From a virus (Duplodnaviria; Caudoviricetes), in the IMG/VR virus record IMGVR_UViG_3300020045_004297, positions 1 through 35,001 of that record: 35,001 bases of DNA; one strand, 5' to 3'. Both the position numbers and the translations under genes were made by a program. The notes under the pieces were generated by a model. That model saw nothing but the letters and a program-made list of their open reading frames with translations, did not search any database and had not been told where the DNA came from. Every line of letters starts with the position of its first letter. The first letter of the stretch is position 1. Shown piece after piece: positions 8,626 through 19,212 of this stretch.

Positions 8626-10649
8626 GTAGCCTTGGGGATCTTGTTGTAAAAATCTCTGCCGACCATGCCGCTTTCCAATCCGATATTGGCAAGGTCGAAC
8701 GCGCCACGAAAGACGCCACGAACAACATGTCAAACAGTTTTGGCAAGTTCGGAGGGTCCATTACCAGTGTCACGAAACTGCTTGGCGGGATGGCCGCAGC
8801 GGGTGCCGTAACTGCCCTGGCCGGATTTGTCAAGCAGTCCATCAATGCCGCTGACGAAATTGGCAAACTGTCGCAGAAAATAGGCATGTCGGTTGAAGAG
8901 CTTTCGGCACTCAAATATGCCGGGTCGCTGGCTGATGTCTCCATCGAACAGCTTGGCGTCGGCATGAAGCAACTATCGAAGAATCTTGTCGAGGCCGAAG
9001 CCGGGAGCAAGGCACAGGTTGTTGCATTCAAAGCCCTGGGCATCGAAACGAAGAATACGGACGGAAAGCTCAAGTCGAATAACCAGATAATGGTTGAAGT
9101 TGCCGACAGTTTTGCTGGGATGGAAGACGGAGCGGCCAAGACTGCCATTGCCATGAAACTGTTCGGCAAGTCTGGCGCTGACCTTATCCCGCTACTGAAC
9201 GCTGGCGCTGACGGTCTACGGGAAATGACCGAAGAGGGTCAAGCCCTTGGTGTGGTGCTGTCTGAGGAAATGGCGAAGAATGCGGAAATATTCAACGACA
9301 ATCTCACACGGCTGAGCACTACCGCCGCAGGACTTGGATACAACCTCGCTGAACTTCTGTTGCCTGCACTTAACGATGTTGCAGAAGCAATGGTTAAGAT
9401 CAAAAAAACAGAGGGTTTCGGCAACACGCTTGACGCAATACAGAAATTTATGATGCGGCGGCTTCATGGTCAAATGCTTCCGCAATCACTTGAAGATGTC
9501 AAAGGTGAGGAGTTCAAGGCCGGCATCCATTCCGCAACGGAAAGTGAAACCACTAAGCGCACCAAGTCAGGCACCAAGACGTTACAGGATTACCTCGACT
9601 CGCTCAAAACGAACAGCACGAAGGGCGGTAAGGGCAAGTCAGGCAAGGCAGCGAAGGAACTCCCTAGCGCCTACGCAATGGAAGAGGCAGACCTCAAATC
9701 CTTTTCCAGCAAAATGGCGAAGTGGTGGGAAGACGATCAAAAGAAAATGGCCGAAGATGCTTCATGGATATCCGACCAGAAAAACAACTTTGCCGAAGCT
9801 GTTGCGGATATGCTGCAAAAAGATCAGCAGTTACTCGAAGGGCAGATTGAATACAACCTCTCACTGATAGACACGAAAGAAGCCTTCCACCAAATCAGCA
9901 AGGCAGAAGCAGCAGAACAGCGCATTGCCCTCAACGAAGAACTGTTGACATCTCAGGAGCAATGGCTGGAAACGCTGGACAAGGCCACGGACCCCGCTGG
10001 CTGGTTGGCTCAGTCGAAGGCAATCAAGGACACCCGCGACGAACTTCTTGCATTGAAGAAAACATCTGAATCACTCAGCCAAGACATGAGCGCCGGGTTT
10101 GCCGAAGGAATACAGAACTATAAGGATTCTCTGCCCTCGCTGTTTGAGCAAATGTCGGATATGGCAGAAGGGACCGCAAGCAGTATGCAGGAGTCGTTCA
10201 AGTCGATATTCAGCGACGGCTTGCGGGGCGACCTGGAAGATATGAGCGACTACTTTTCATCGTTCACGGACTCGCTGATTGATATGTGGGCCGATGCAAT
10301 GGCAAAGATGACCATGAACAGCATTTTGGGGCAAAGTGGCGGCTGGGGCGATATGCTCAGTGGGTTGTTCGGTTCTGGCGGCGGCGGTACGTCACTCAAT
10401 GGCGTTGACTACTCATGGGTGTTCGAGGGGCTTCAGGGCTACGCTTCCGGCACGAATTACGTACCGAAAACCGGCCCCTACATGCTCCACCAGGGCGAAG
10501 CGGTTGTCACGGCAGCAGACAATGCCAGGGGCAACTCATCTCTGTCAATCAGTGTCCCGGTGAATATCGAAGACAATAAGCGGCTTGCCGCCGATCTTCG
10601 CAACGACATAGAAGAAACGGTGATAAGGGTTCTGCGGAGGCACAGCTAA
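8622..10649 (+). CDS. Tape measure protein
   Basis: LGDLVVKISAD N-terminus, A.AM.LFGKSGA.LIPLLN, helical Ala-rich body, YASGT.YVP.TG...LHQGEAV C-terminus. Confidence 0.95.
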   Translation: MSSLGDLVVKISADHAAFQSDIGKVERATKDATNNMSNSFGKFGGSITSVTKLLGGMAAAGAVTALAGFVKQSINAADEIGKLSQKIGMSVEELSALKYAGSLADVSIEQLGVGMKQLSKNLVEAEAGSKAQVVAFKALGIETKNTDGKLKSNNQIMVEVADSFAGMEDGAAKTAIAMKLFGKSGADLIPLLNAGADGLREMTEEGQALGVVLSEEMAKNAEIFNDNLTRLSTTAAGLGYNLAELLLPALNDVAEAMVKIKKTEGFGNTLDAIQKFMMRRLHGQMLPQSLEDVKGEEFKAGIHSATESETTKRTKSGTKTLQDYLDSLKTNSTKGGKGKSGKAAKELPSAYAMEEADLKSFSSKMAKWWEDDQKKMAEDASWISDQKNNFAEAVADMLQKDQQLLEGQIEYNLSLIDTKEAFHQISKAEAAEQRIALNEELLTSQEQWLETLDKATDPAGWLAQSKAIKDTRDELLALKKTSESLSQDMSAGFAEGIQNYKDSLPSLFEQMSDMAEGTASSMQESFKSIFSDGLRGDLEDMSDYFSSFTDSLIDMWADAMAKMTMNSILGQSGGWGDMLSGLFGSGGGGTSLNGVDYSWVFEGLQGYASGTNYVPKTGPYMLHQGEAVVTAADNARGNSSLSISVPVNIEDNKRLAADLRNDIEETVIRVLRRHS

Positions 10650-11020
10650 TGGCAAAAATAACCATCGGGACATTTGAGCCAGAGTTGAACCCCGGCAGCA
10701 TGACCATTGTCCGGCAAGAGAAAAAGACCGCCGTTATTGAGACATATTCCAGCGTGGCTTATTTCTCATGGTCAGCGTCTATCGTCGGCAAAATTATCGA
10801 ATTGGCATGGAACTGGATGAATGGGGCAGACTTCCTTGCACTCGACACCCTGTACGCCGCTGATGCCGTAGCGGTATTCAACCCCGGTGACGGACTCGGC
10901 AAGACCTTTAACGTCAACATCTTGTCCCTTGACGGCACTTATTACATGGGAACCGGCGTTACAACCGCCAGTATTCGCACAGATGTTAAAGTCCAATTGC
11001 TCATCATGAGCCAGGTGTAA
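10649..11020 (+). CDS. Putative distal tail protein
   Basis: Size and position directly after the tape measure gene; TAATG coupling. Confidence 0.6.
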   Translation: MAKITIGTFEPELNPGSMTIVRQEKKTAVIETYSSVAYFSWSASIVGKIIELAWNWMNGADFLALDTLYAADAVAVFNPGDGLGKTFNVNILSLDGTYYMGTGVTTASIRTDVKVQLLIMSQV

Positions 11021-11021
11021 T

Positions 11022-14000
11022 ATGGCACTAACTCTCGACGCCACCCTGCTCGCCGCGCAGTCCAGCCAAACCCGACACCCGATCTGTGACCTGGTTGTAC
11101 GCCGCAGTGTTGACGATCTCCCTTTCCCGAAAAACCCCGGTGTGTCTCCCGTAAGCGGAACACAGACGCATCCGACTATTCTTTATATGCCAGATGGCAG
11201 GATCGCCATTCTTTTCCACGTTGACGGCGATTCCGGGAATGCCAGAGTTGGCATCGTGTTTTCTGACGCGGACAGGACTGCTTTTGCTAATAGGGTCGTT
11301 CCTGTGTTGGGCAACACCTATGCGTCACACGGATTATTGCTTGATGCCATAGTACTAAACGCAAGCGGAGACATAGGAATTGTAGTATTCAACGATCCGA
11401 ACTGGTCGAAGGGGCTTTATAGCCATGTCGTGAGTTCCGCTGGTGTCAAGATTTCAAGTAACACTATCTGGAACACAGCAACGGTTGTGCAAAGTATATC
11501 TGTTGTTAAGCGCGGCGACAATGATTATGCCCTGGTGTACATGAAACCCAGTAATGAACTTGTAATAAGAACATCCACGAACTTTACAAGCTGGAGTGCT
11601 GAAACTGTTATTCATTCGGATGCCGCCCCTGCTATTGGCGGTTTAACTGCAACGCAAATAATACGGGATGTAAAAGTCACCAAACTAGCTGACGGCTCCT
11701 ACGTGATGATTTTATCCTATCAGGACTATGTTGACGGAACTGGCAGTATCTACAATATCTATTATTCCACAAGTGCTGACATGGTTGCCTGGGCTGACGT
11801 GTTGCCATTAACCGATACAATACTCAAGAGTAGAGACTATTATTACCCTGATGTTGTGCAAATGGAAGATGGTTCATTGTTCCTTTCCCTCTTGGAGTCA
11901 AACGCCTACCTCTCGATGAATAAAACCACTACCGGATGGGTGCAAGGTACAAGCGGCGATCAGGAACTCACTCCATCTGACCAGTGGCTGGACACTGCAA
12001 CGGGCAAGTTGTATGTGATGTCCGGCAATGCGGGAGCATTTAAAGGGGGCGGCAAGATTGATGTCGCCACCTGGACGGTTGACAAATGTTACAGCGGTTT
12101 CAACGTTCCCGCGATTCCAGCCTATTTTACCAGCCTCAACAACTCTCTAGGCAGGCAGCATGGCGCACTTGGGCTTATGCCGATTGTTAAGCAAAGTGGC
12201 GTCTGTCTTCTCGATTTCGACAACGACAGTTACAAGGCTTTTTTCTTTACCGACCTGAGCGGCACATATGGTTCCAGCCACGCCAAAAACGTGAACTGGA
12301 CGCCCTATACCACAGGCGGCTATCTTGGTGGTGCTCCGGTAATAATGGGCGCACAGGTTGACACCGCAAGCAATCGGCTATATGTGCATCTTCCAAACAA
12401 CTATATTTACAGTTCCAATTATCAGTTCGGATACATCGACCTCGATCAGACCGGCCCGACCTACGATTTTACGACAATCGCAACCTATAATATTGACCAC
12501 GGAAACGATGCTGTAGCAACAAATTTCAGGGTCTATCCTGACGCTGGCCTGTTGCTGATTTTTGGATTTAGTGCAGCATGGGGCGGCAGTCTCCATGTAA
12601 TAGACATAAACAATAACGCCATCTATAAGAGCTATTACAAGTCGACCAATCTTGAGTTCCCGGTGGCTGGGGTTATCGATGCCCACCTGGTTGGCGATAA
12701 GATATTTGCCACGCCTGCGTACTCCAGTGCATACGGTGAGGAATACAAATACCTCGTTCTCGAGATTGACTTATTAACCGACAGATGCACCTATCACATC
12801 CCACCGTACAGCATTGGGAATAATTTCACTGGTGGTGGTACTCCCACAGTACCGACGTTCGGAAACATGAGCATCTGCGAGACTACTAAGGAATTCATCA
12901 TCTGCGGTTACGCCAACCCTCTGGTGTTCAACTATGAAAGTTATTCGTGGGAATATTTCGATTACAACTTTGATGGATCTGCGCCACCTCCAGTGGGGGA
13001 TTGGTGGTTTGTTTTGGATTACGACCCCATAAATGATGTCTACCTCGGCACGAAGGAAGACGACAGGCTCTACCTGTTGCCGCGCCACGGAGACGCTACG
13101 CGCTTGGCATACGCAAGAGGAACAAAAACGACAGACTGGGCGTTTACTGATCCGGCCTCCCTGGTCTACGGCTACAAAAACATCAATGGCCGAATAGCTA
13201 TAAGTGCTGATGATTCCGTCTGGGCCACCTGGTACGACAACGCTGCCAGTGCTTACCCGGTATCGTGGGGTAAAACCGGAGCACAACTTTCCCTGCAACA
13301 GTATTTAACTGACGAGACGGAATTCGAATGGTCGCTGGAAGGGGTACCGAGTTCCCTTCATTTCATGCTGAGCCATGGTCACCTGTTTGACCCACAGAAC
13401 GCCACCTCTATCCTGAATTACTACCTCGCAAAGGGCAGCACAGTCACAGCCAGGCTTGGGGAATTGGTGTCAGGTGTCGAGTACTGGGCCAACCAAGGCA
13501 CGTATATCATCCGCGAGCTGGCCCTGCATTACAAGCGAGGTGAGTATCCAATCCTCGATGTTTCCTGCGAGGACATCACCTGCCTATGGGAGATGGCGCA
13601 GATTACAGCCACGCAGTTGGCAACCAGCTATCCTGATGACGGTATCAAAGCTATTGTCAAAGCCAATACACCACTGACTGATGATGACTTCACCTTGCCC
13701 ACCTTTACGGATCGCTTCACCTTCGATGCAATGTGGATTGATACTTACTTGTCCGACATCGTTCACGACCTGGCCAACAGATTCAAATACTTCATCATCA
13801 TGGACATGGACGGGAAGGTAACGGCGCGGAGGATTGATACAGCCGCAGCAGTGAGCAACGCCTATTCCGACAACAGCAAACTGATCGACTTCACCCCCAA
13901 TGATGCCTTCTCTGACCTGACAAACCGCTTCATTATTACCGGGCAATCCCTTGACGATATAGAAGTACTCTACAACGAGGAGCGGGTCGGTTCCTTATCC

Positions 14001-14804
14001 GGCACAGTCGGATGGTGGGGTGGTAGGCAAGATTTTATAGTTCCATATTCAGAGGATTTAAGCAAAACTGCTAAATTCCCGAGACTGGTAATTGTTGAAT
14101 CTGTACAATCCATGGGTTACACATTGGCCGACATGACTGATTTTCTAACAGGGTTCGACTTCACCCTGGGTAACAACGACATGACGGAAGCCATAACATA
14201 CACTGACCCTAATAATAAATATTGCACGGTAACAATCGATTCACCAAACCTTTCAAACGCATTGGTAGCTCATGTTGCGGCTTTGGTCGCCTTATCCGTT
14301 TTGCCAGACTCTGTAGTAACTGGCGGCTTAGTCGTTGAGGCTGGCGTAACCATCAGAATAGGCACGTTGCTATGTACCCTGGAAACCATGACCATATCCG
14401 CCATCTTGTCAGCAGTTGGAAATTATCAGTTAGAAATATGGGCGAAGCCTATGGGATATGTAAAACGTGACTACTCGGCTACCGCAGACGACACAGCATT
14501 GCAGCAGCAGTTAGGCATGATTATCCCTCAAAAGGAAGAAGGCTTTCTTTGCTTCACGCCACAGCACTGTCAGTATGTTGCAGATTTTGAAAGGGACTTG
14601 GCGATGTTACAACGGAATCGGGTGGCTTACTCAAAGATCGCCCATCTAAAAGATGAGGTTGGTGACATAATCTCTCTACCACATCCTTGTACCGGCAATA
14701 CAATTAAGACGTACGTCACCAAGCTGACCCGAAAATACAAGCCGTCTACACTGAATGGCGACCAAGGACATTTTACTGACACGATAGATGGATGGGTGGT
14801 TTAA
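11022..14804 (+). CDS. Large tail tip/hub protein with inserted beta-propeller-like region
   Basis: 1260 aa after the distal tail gene. Central repeats of D...GKLYV / D..SNRLYV blade type; hub-like C-terminus (LKDEVGDII). Confidence 0.75.
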   Translation: MALTLDATLLAAQSSQTRHPICDLVVRRSVDDLPFPKNPGVSPVSGTQTHPTILYMPDGRIAILFHVDGDSGNARVGIVFSDADRTAFANRVVPVLGNTYASHGLLLDAIVLNASGDIGIVVFNDPNWSKGLYSHVVSSAGVKISSNTIWNTATVVQSISVVKRGDNDYALVYMKPSNELVIRTSTNFTSWSAETVIHSDAAPAIGGLTATQIIRDVKVTKLADGSYVMILSYQDYVDGTGSIYNIYYSTSADMVAWADVLPLTDTILKSRDYYYPDVVQMEDGSLFLSLLESNAYLSMNKTTTGWVQGTSGDQELTPSDQWLDTATGKLYVMSGNAGAFKGGGKIDVATWTVDKCYSGFNVPAIPAYFTSLNNSLGRQHGALGLMPIVKQSGVCLLDFDNDSYKAFFFTDLSGTYGSSHAKNVNWTPYTTGGYLGGAPVIMGAQVDTASNRLYVHLPNNYIYSSNYQFGYIDLDQTGPTYDFTTIATYNIDHGNDAVATNFRVYPDAGLLLIFGFSAAWGGSLHVIDINNNAIYKSYYKSTNLEFPVAGVIDAHLVGDKIFATPAYSSAYGEEYKYLVLEIDLLTDRCTYHIPPYSIGNNFTGGGTPTVPTFGNMSICETTKEFIICGYANPLVFNYESYSWEYFDYNFDGSAPPPVGDWWFVLDYDPINDVYLGTKEDDRLYLLPRHGDATRLAYARGTKTTDWAFTDPASLVYGYKNINGRIAISADDSVWATWYDNAASAYPVSWGKTGAQLSLQQYLTDETEFEWSLEGVPSSLHFMLSHGHLFDPQNATSILNYYLAKGSTVTARLGELVSGVEYWANQGTYIIRELALHYKRGEYPILDVSCEDITCLWEMAQITATQLATSYPDDGIKAIVKANTPLTDDDFTLPTFTDRFTFDAMWIDTYLSDIVHDLANRFKYFIIMDMDGKVTARRIDTAAAVSNAYSDNSKLIDFTPNDAFSDLTNRFIITGQSLDDIEVLYNEERVGSLSGTVGWWGGRQDFIVPYSEDLSKTAKFPRLVIVESVQSMGYTLADMTDFLTGFDFTLGNNDMTEAITYTDPNNKYCTVTIDSPNLSNALVAHVAALVALSVLPDSVVTGGLVVEAGVTIRIGTLLCTLETMTISAILSAVGNYQLEIWAKPMGYVKRDYSATADDTALQQQLGMIIPQKEEGFLCFTPQHCQYVADFERDLAMLQRNRVAYSKIAHLKDEVGDIISLPHPCTGNTIKTYVTKLTRKYKPSTLNGDQGHFTDTIDGWVV

Positions 14805-15859
14805 TGGCATTACGTCAGCTTAAAAATAGATTTCTCCGGCAGAAGATGCAGAAAGAAACTGACTATCGCAAGGAAACCCGCGATGCAATACTGTGGGATA
14901 TCCTTGACGATAAGCGTTGTCGGGTGAAAATCCTCGGAAGCAATACGCTGCTGGTGGCAAACTATCCGGGAAACCTGGAAAGCCGACCGATCTGGCTGAA
15001 GCCTGGAAATGCTGTCAGGATACAACACACCTCGGGCAATAGGCACAAAATAGAGGTTGTAGGAAATGGACTAGCCGTTCCCACACCCGTGGATGGTTCT
15101 AGTGCCCCCATCCCAGACACACCTGCGAATGTTGTCATCTCGGGGCTTACCCTATCACCAGCAGGGGGCATGTTTGTTGCCGCCAGGGTTGGGATGGTTC
15201 GTTTTTCGGACACACTTTTCAGTACAGGCTATTTTGCAAGCGACTCGAATTTATATGCAGATAGCGACCTTTATGCCGACACCGTTGCCGCTGTCAAGGC
15301 TATTAATTCCGCCCCGAGCGCAGGGACGTATCGGTACGACATTATCGTCATCGGGCCTGACCTGGTTGTCGATTACGTGGCCGGGACAGCATCGGCGAGT
15401 CCGGCAATGCCAGCCACACCCACAGGGCATTTGCTCTGTGGTTACATCCTTGTTTCACCAGGTACAACAAATATCAAGGCAAGCGACATTGGAAGGAATT
15501 TCAGTGCAGTAACGGCCGCCACACTAACAACCACTGTGGCCGATAACGATTTAGCATGGGGCGAGCTATCAACAACCATTGCAGTAGTCGTGAAAGACCA
15601 ATACGGCAACTCCTTCAATAGCCCCAATTTGATGTCGATAGAAATTATCTCCGGAAACGGCACCCTCTCTATAGGCTCCCAAAGCTCTACAACGAAAGTA
15701 TCCAGTTATTTATCATCAGGCTCAGTTACTTTCACGTATACAAGGGGCGGTGCTGATCCTGGCGATATAAGCCCCACCTTCAGGGTGGTGCTGGAAGGTA
15801 CTGGGCTTGTGGGCTTCAGTAACATACTGTTACGCAACACATACGAGATGATCATGTAA
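14804..15859 (+). CDS. Tail tip-associated protein
   Basis: TAATG coupling; OB-fold-like N-terminus, RYDIIV motif, Ig-like C-terminus (V.VKDQYGN). Confidence 0.65.
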   Translation: MALRQLKNRFLRQKMQKETDYRKETRDAILWDILDDKRCRVKILGSNTLLVANYPGNLESRPIWLKPGNAVRIQHTSGNRHKIEVVGNGLAVPTPVDGSSAPIPDTPANVVISGLTLSPAGGMFVAARVGMVRFSDTLFSTGYFASDSNLYADSDLYADTVAAVKAINSAPSAGTYRYDIIVIGPDLVVDYVAGTASASPAMPATPTGHLLCGYILVSPGTTNIKASDIGRNFSAVTAATLTTTVADNDLAWGELSTTIAVVVKDQYGNSFNSPNLMSIEIISGNGTLSIGSQSSTTKVSSYLSSGSVTFTYTRGGADPGDISPTFRVVLEGTGLVGFSNILLRNTYEMIM

Positions 15860-15869
15860 AGGAGGAAGT

Positions 15870-16460
15870 ATGGGTAATAATTATTTCACAAATCTAGTTG
15901 CCGGAGTCCTACAATTTAAGGCGGCACACTTCAATACTCCACTGGCGGAACTGGACAAGGCGATCACCTACCGGCAGAACGTAATTATCCACTGTGATGG
16001 CGATTTGAGCTATGACAAAGCGACCGGAATTTTTAGCTGGTCGGCAACGCTGCGGATCCTGTTCAACTCGGCGGCAGGGCTAGCGATCCAGAACACGGTG
16101 GCAGCGGGCAATGTTACCCTGGCAGATAATGAGTTTTGCTATGCGACCCTCAATGAAACAAACGGCACAGTGCTGACGGTAGCAAAGGCGGCAGTGACCA
16201 CGGCAGCGGCGTCAAACTTCCTGGCCCTTGGCAGGGTGGTCCTCGGCTACCGGAACACCACAAGCGACGAGTTTTATGCTGTTGGCATCACGCACCCGGT
16301 TCGGAAGATCGGGGCGCATATTACCGACGCAAAAGCCGATTACACCACCGGCGATCTGGATACTGAGGCAGAAACAATTTCGGCTATCAACGCCACCAAT
16401 GTCACGGTAAACAGCATACTGGCAATACTTGAGTCGCATAAGCTCACGGCAGCATCATGA
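15870..16460 (+). CDS. Putative tail/fibre-associated structural protein
   Basis: AGGAGG RBS, position in the tail module, short coiled-coil C-terminus. Confidence 0.6.
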   Translation: MGNNYFTNLVAGVLQFKAAHFNTPLAELDKAITYRQNVIIHCDGDLSYDKATGIFSWSATLRILFNSAAGLAIQNTVAAGNVTLADNEFCYATLNETNGTVLTVAKAAVTTAAASNFLALGRVVLGYRNTTSDEFYAVGITHPVRKIGAHITDAKADYTTGDLDTEAETISAINATNVTVNSILAILESHKLTAAS

Positions 16461-16468
16461 GGTACTCC

Positions 16469-19069
16469 ATGAAAAATATCCTCTCCCTACTCCTATCCCT
16501 GCCCCTCCTGCTATCAACAGCCTTCGCCGGGGATTTCAGCAATTTCAATTTTGGCTTCGATTGGTCGGGGGGCGGCAACAGGGTAGCATCATTTTACTCC
16601 CCCTTCACCTCCACACTATCAGTCCTCGCTCCCCCCCGCTCATTCCCCGGCACCGCAGGCACCTTCACCCGAGCCTCGGCCCAAACAGTCCCAGACCATG
16701 AAGGAGTCTATCGCACAGTAGCCTCTGGCTCGGTAGGAATAACGGGTAGCCGGATTGTGACGAATCTTCTGACGTATTCGGAGGATTTGAGTAATGCGGC
16801 TTGGGCGAAAGAGGGAACCGGCACTATTACCGGGACAAACATCCTCAATATGCCAGCGGCAAATGACGGGATGAGCCAAGCTAAAACAACGGGACAAGGT
16901 ACAGTTACGGCTAGGGTTTTAGCTTCTGGAAATGGCACAACGGTAATCGCCTTACGTGATTTTTATGGAACTTGGCTAGTCCAGAAAACCGTCACCCTCA
17001 CATCCACACCGCAAATATTTAGCGTCACCGGCACAGTGGCGAGTGGGGCCACAACAACGTTCTACGTCCGTAGACTGAACGGAACCACAGCAACACAAGC
17101 AACAGTTAATTTTGCCCAACTAGAAAACGTAACCGCCCAAAGCAACACCAATCCCGGCGAGTACGTCCCGACAACAACCGCCCCTGTCTCCAAGTGCTTC
17201 TCAACGACAAACGGCAACACGGTGAACGGCACCACAGGTGTCGTGACCGAAGCAACCGGAACTCCCCTCACCACGGTCAAAGGGCCCTTGCTGGAAACAG
17301 CCAGCACGAACAAGGTCACGGCGTACTCGTTCCCGCAGGCTGATACGCTTGGCTCGGAACTGATTACGGTTGAAGCAGACCGGACGTTTGCGAGTGATAC
17401 GGAGTGGTGGACGAGGCCTGATTCAGCAGTTACCATTTCAGCCGGGACGGCTAATTTTAGTAATTTAACGTCTACTGGCGCATCGATATATCGACCGAAT
17501 CTACTCACGGCAGGCAAAATCTATGCTGTCACATTTACGATAACCGGATACGGTGGCGGTTCTATTGTTATTCGCAACGGTGGACTAGACCATACCTCAT
17601 CACATGCCGCGAATGGAACATATACGGATTATGTGTTGCAGGGTACTACGGGAGGTACGGCAGGATGGAAGCCCACAGGGTTTACAGGCTCCATCGACAA
17701 CATCTCCATCAAAGAAGTCACTTGGGCAGTCGGCACCAAATCCTACTGGACCGGAGCCGCATTTCAGAACAACATAACCGGCCTCACTCTCTCAGGAGAT
17801 ACCGCCGCAGTCCTGTCAATCGTCACCGATACGGCAGAGATAACCGCCGCTGGTCTGCTTGGGATTAATCCGGGGGCGAAGGTTTATAAGCTGGATAACT
17901 CGGGCGGGTCTTTAACATCATACGCAACTGCGGGGGGTACAGCAGGAAACCTAAACGCACACTCTACACTATTTATCATTAGAAATATTACCGGAACTAC
18001 AAATAAGTGCGGTGCAAACTACACAAGTGCGACAGCAACAACTATCCCATCGTCAGCATACACCAGCGTAAAACTTCAGAATTACACGCCAACAAATACC
18101 CTATCAGCGGCACAAGTCGCTGCAACAGCGGGAGGCGTTCTCTACTTCCTCGCCCCTCAGTTGGAAGAACAAAGTGCCGCAACGAGCGTAATTTTGGTAA
18201 GCGGAGCCACAGCCACCCGCGCACAGACCGTCCTCTCGTACCCGATCAGCGGGAATTTCGGCATCCCTGCAAGTGTCAAATTCGACTGGACACCCGAGAC
18301 CTCCAACGTAGCCTCAGAGCGGTTCCTACTTGGCTCGTATGTCGATGCAAGTAATTATTTTGGCATACTCCATGACGGGACAAATCTCGTATTTAGGAAG
18401 AGAATCGGCGGCAGTAACTTCGATGCTGTCAAAGCACTCACTCCTGTTGCTGGTACGACTTACTCAATCGGGGCTAGGCTTAATGCGGATTACTCGCATG
18501 ATGTGTTTGTTTCTTCGGTTAAGGGTACGGGGAATACGGGGCTGAGTAATGAGAAGGTGGTTAATGGTGGGTTTGCCGATGGTTCAAGTTGGGCATTAAC
18601 GGGAGAGGCAAGTATCTCAGGAGGACAGGCTAGATTACTCTCGTCAGCCGGTGCCTTGTCGCAAATAGAAACGACAGGATACACGCCGATGGTTATCGGT
18701 AGAACGTACCAAGTAACTTACACCATTGTTTCTGCATCTGGTGCTGGCATGAATAACGGTGGCACAACTACTTGGCCTATAGTCGTAGGTGCGAACACAG
18801 TCACATATGTAGCACCCACGACGGCTCTCATATTCAAACGTGCTGGTACTACTGATATTGTGTTCGACAATGTAAGCGTCAAAGAAGTCTCCCTCGCCGC
18901 ACCAGCCGCCACGACAACATTCTCCCTCGGCAACTTGAACGGGGCGAATGGGGTTATATCGAGCGAGATAAAGAACTTGAAAATCTACAAGCGAAAACTC
19001 CCCGACAGCCTCATGTTTTTGGATTGGAAATATCGAACTTCTGACTCTTACTTGGAGGTGGCAGCATGA
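16469..19069 (+). CDS. Large T/G/A-rich fibre or adhesin-like protein (spike-fibre, CBM and LamG-like modules) with signal peptide
   Basis: MKNILSLLLSLPLLLSTAFA N-terminus; FTRAS, TNLLTYSEDLS..AW, AQLE motifs; two modules ending IDNISIKEV / FDNVSVKEV. Alternative start at 16457. Confidence 0.75.
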   Translation: MKNILSLLLSLPLLLSTAFAGDFSNFNFGFDWSGGGNRVASFYSPFTSTLSVLAPPRSFPGTAGTFTRASAQTVPDHEGVYRTVASGSVGITGSRIVTNLLTYSEDLSNAAWAKEGTGTITGTNILNMPAANDGMSQAKTTGQGTVTARVLASGNGTTVIALRDFYGTWLVQKTVTLTSTPQIFSVTGTVASGATTTFYVRRLNGTTATQATVNFAQLENVTAQSNTNPGEYVPTTTAPVSKCFSTTNGNTVNGTTGVVTEATGTPLTTVKGPLLETASTNKVTAYSFPQADTLGSELITVEADRTFASDTEWWTRPDSAVTISAGTANFSNLTSTGASIYRPNLLTAGKIYAVTFTITGYGGGSIVIRNGGLDHTSSHAANGTYTDYVLQGTTGGTAGWKPTGFTGSIDNISIKEVTWAVGTKSYWTGAAFQNNITGLTLSGDTAAVLSIVTDTAEITAAGLLGINPGAKVYKLDNSGGSLTSYATAGGTAGNLNAHSTLFIIRNITGTTNKCGANYTSATATTIPSSAYTSVKLQNYTPTNTLSAAQVAATAGGVLYFLAPQLEEQSAATSVILVSGATATRAQTVLSYPISGNFGIPASVKFDWTPETSNVASERFLLGSYVDASNYFGILHDGTNLVFRKRIGGSNFDAVKALTPVAGTTYSIGARLNADYSHDVFVSSVKGTGNTGLSNEKVVNGGFADGSSWALTGEASISGGQARLLSSAGALSQIETTGYTPMVIGRTYQVTYTIVSASGAGMNNGGTTTWPIVVGANTVTYVAPTTALIFKRAGTTDIVFDNVSVKEVSLAAPAATTTFSLGNLNGANGVISSEIKNLKIYKRKLPDSLMFLDWKYRTSDSYLEVAA

Positions 19070-19212
19070 AAACTCTGGCCGAAATAGCCGAACGGTTTGA
19101 ATTTGACCCTGAGTCGGTCAGCCTTTCTGAACTTAAATATGCTGCCAATACTTTCCAGAAAGAGCTTGATTTCCGCAAGTCCGAAATATCATGTAAGGAG
19201 CCGATGAAATGA
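19066..19212 (+). CDS. Small hypothetical protein (48 aa, MKTLAEIAERFEFD...)
   Basis: GGAGGTG RBS, ATGA overlaps at both ends; below the ORF-track cutoff. Confidence 0.65.
   Translation: MKTLAEIAERFEFDPESVSLSELKYAANTFQKELDFRKSEISCKEPMK

Noticed and set aside
11022-19069. Diversity-generating retroelement or invertible tail-fibre cassette
   Set aside because: No reverse transcriptase, invertase, TR/VR pair or inverted crossover repeats seen by eye.
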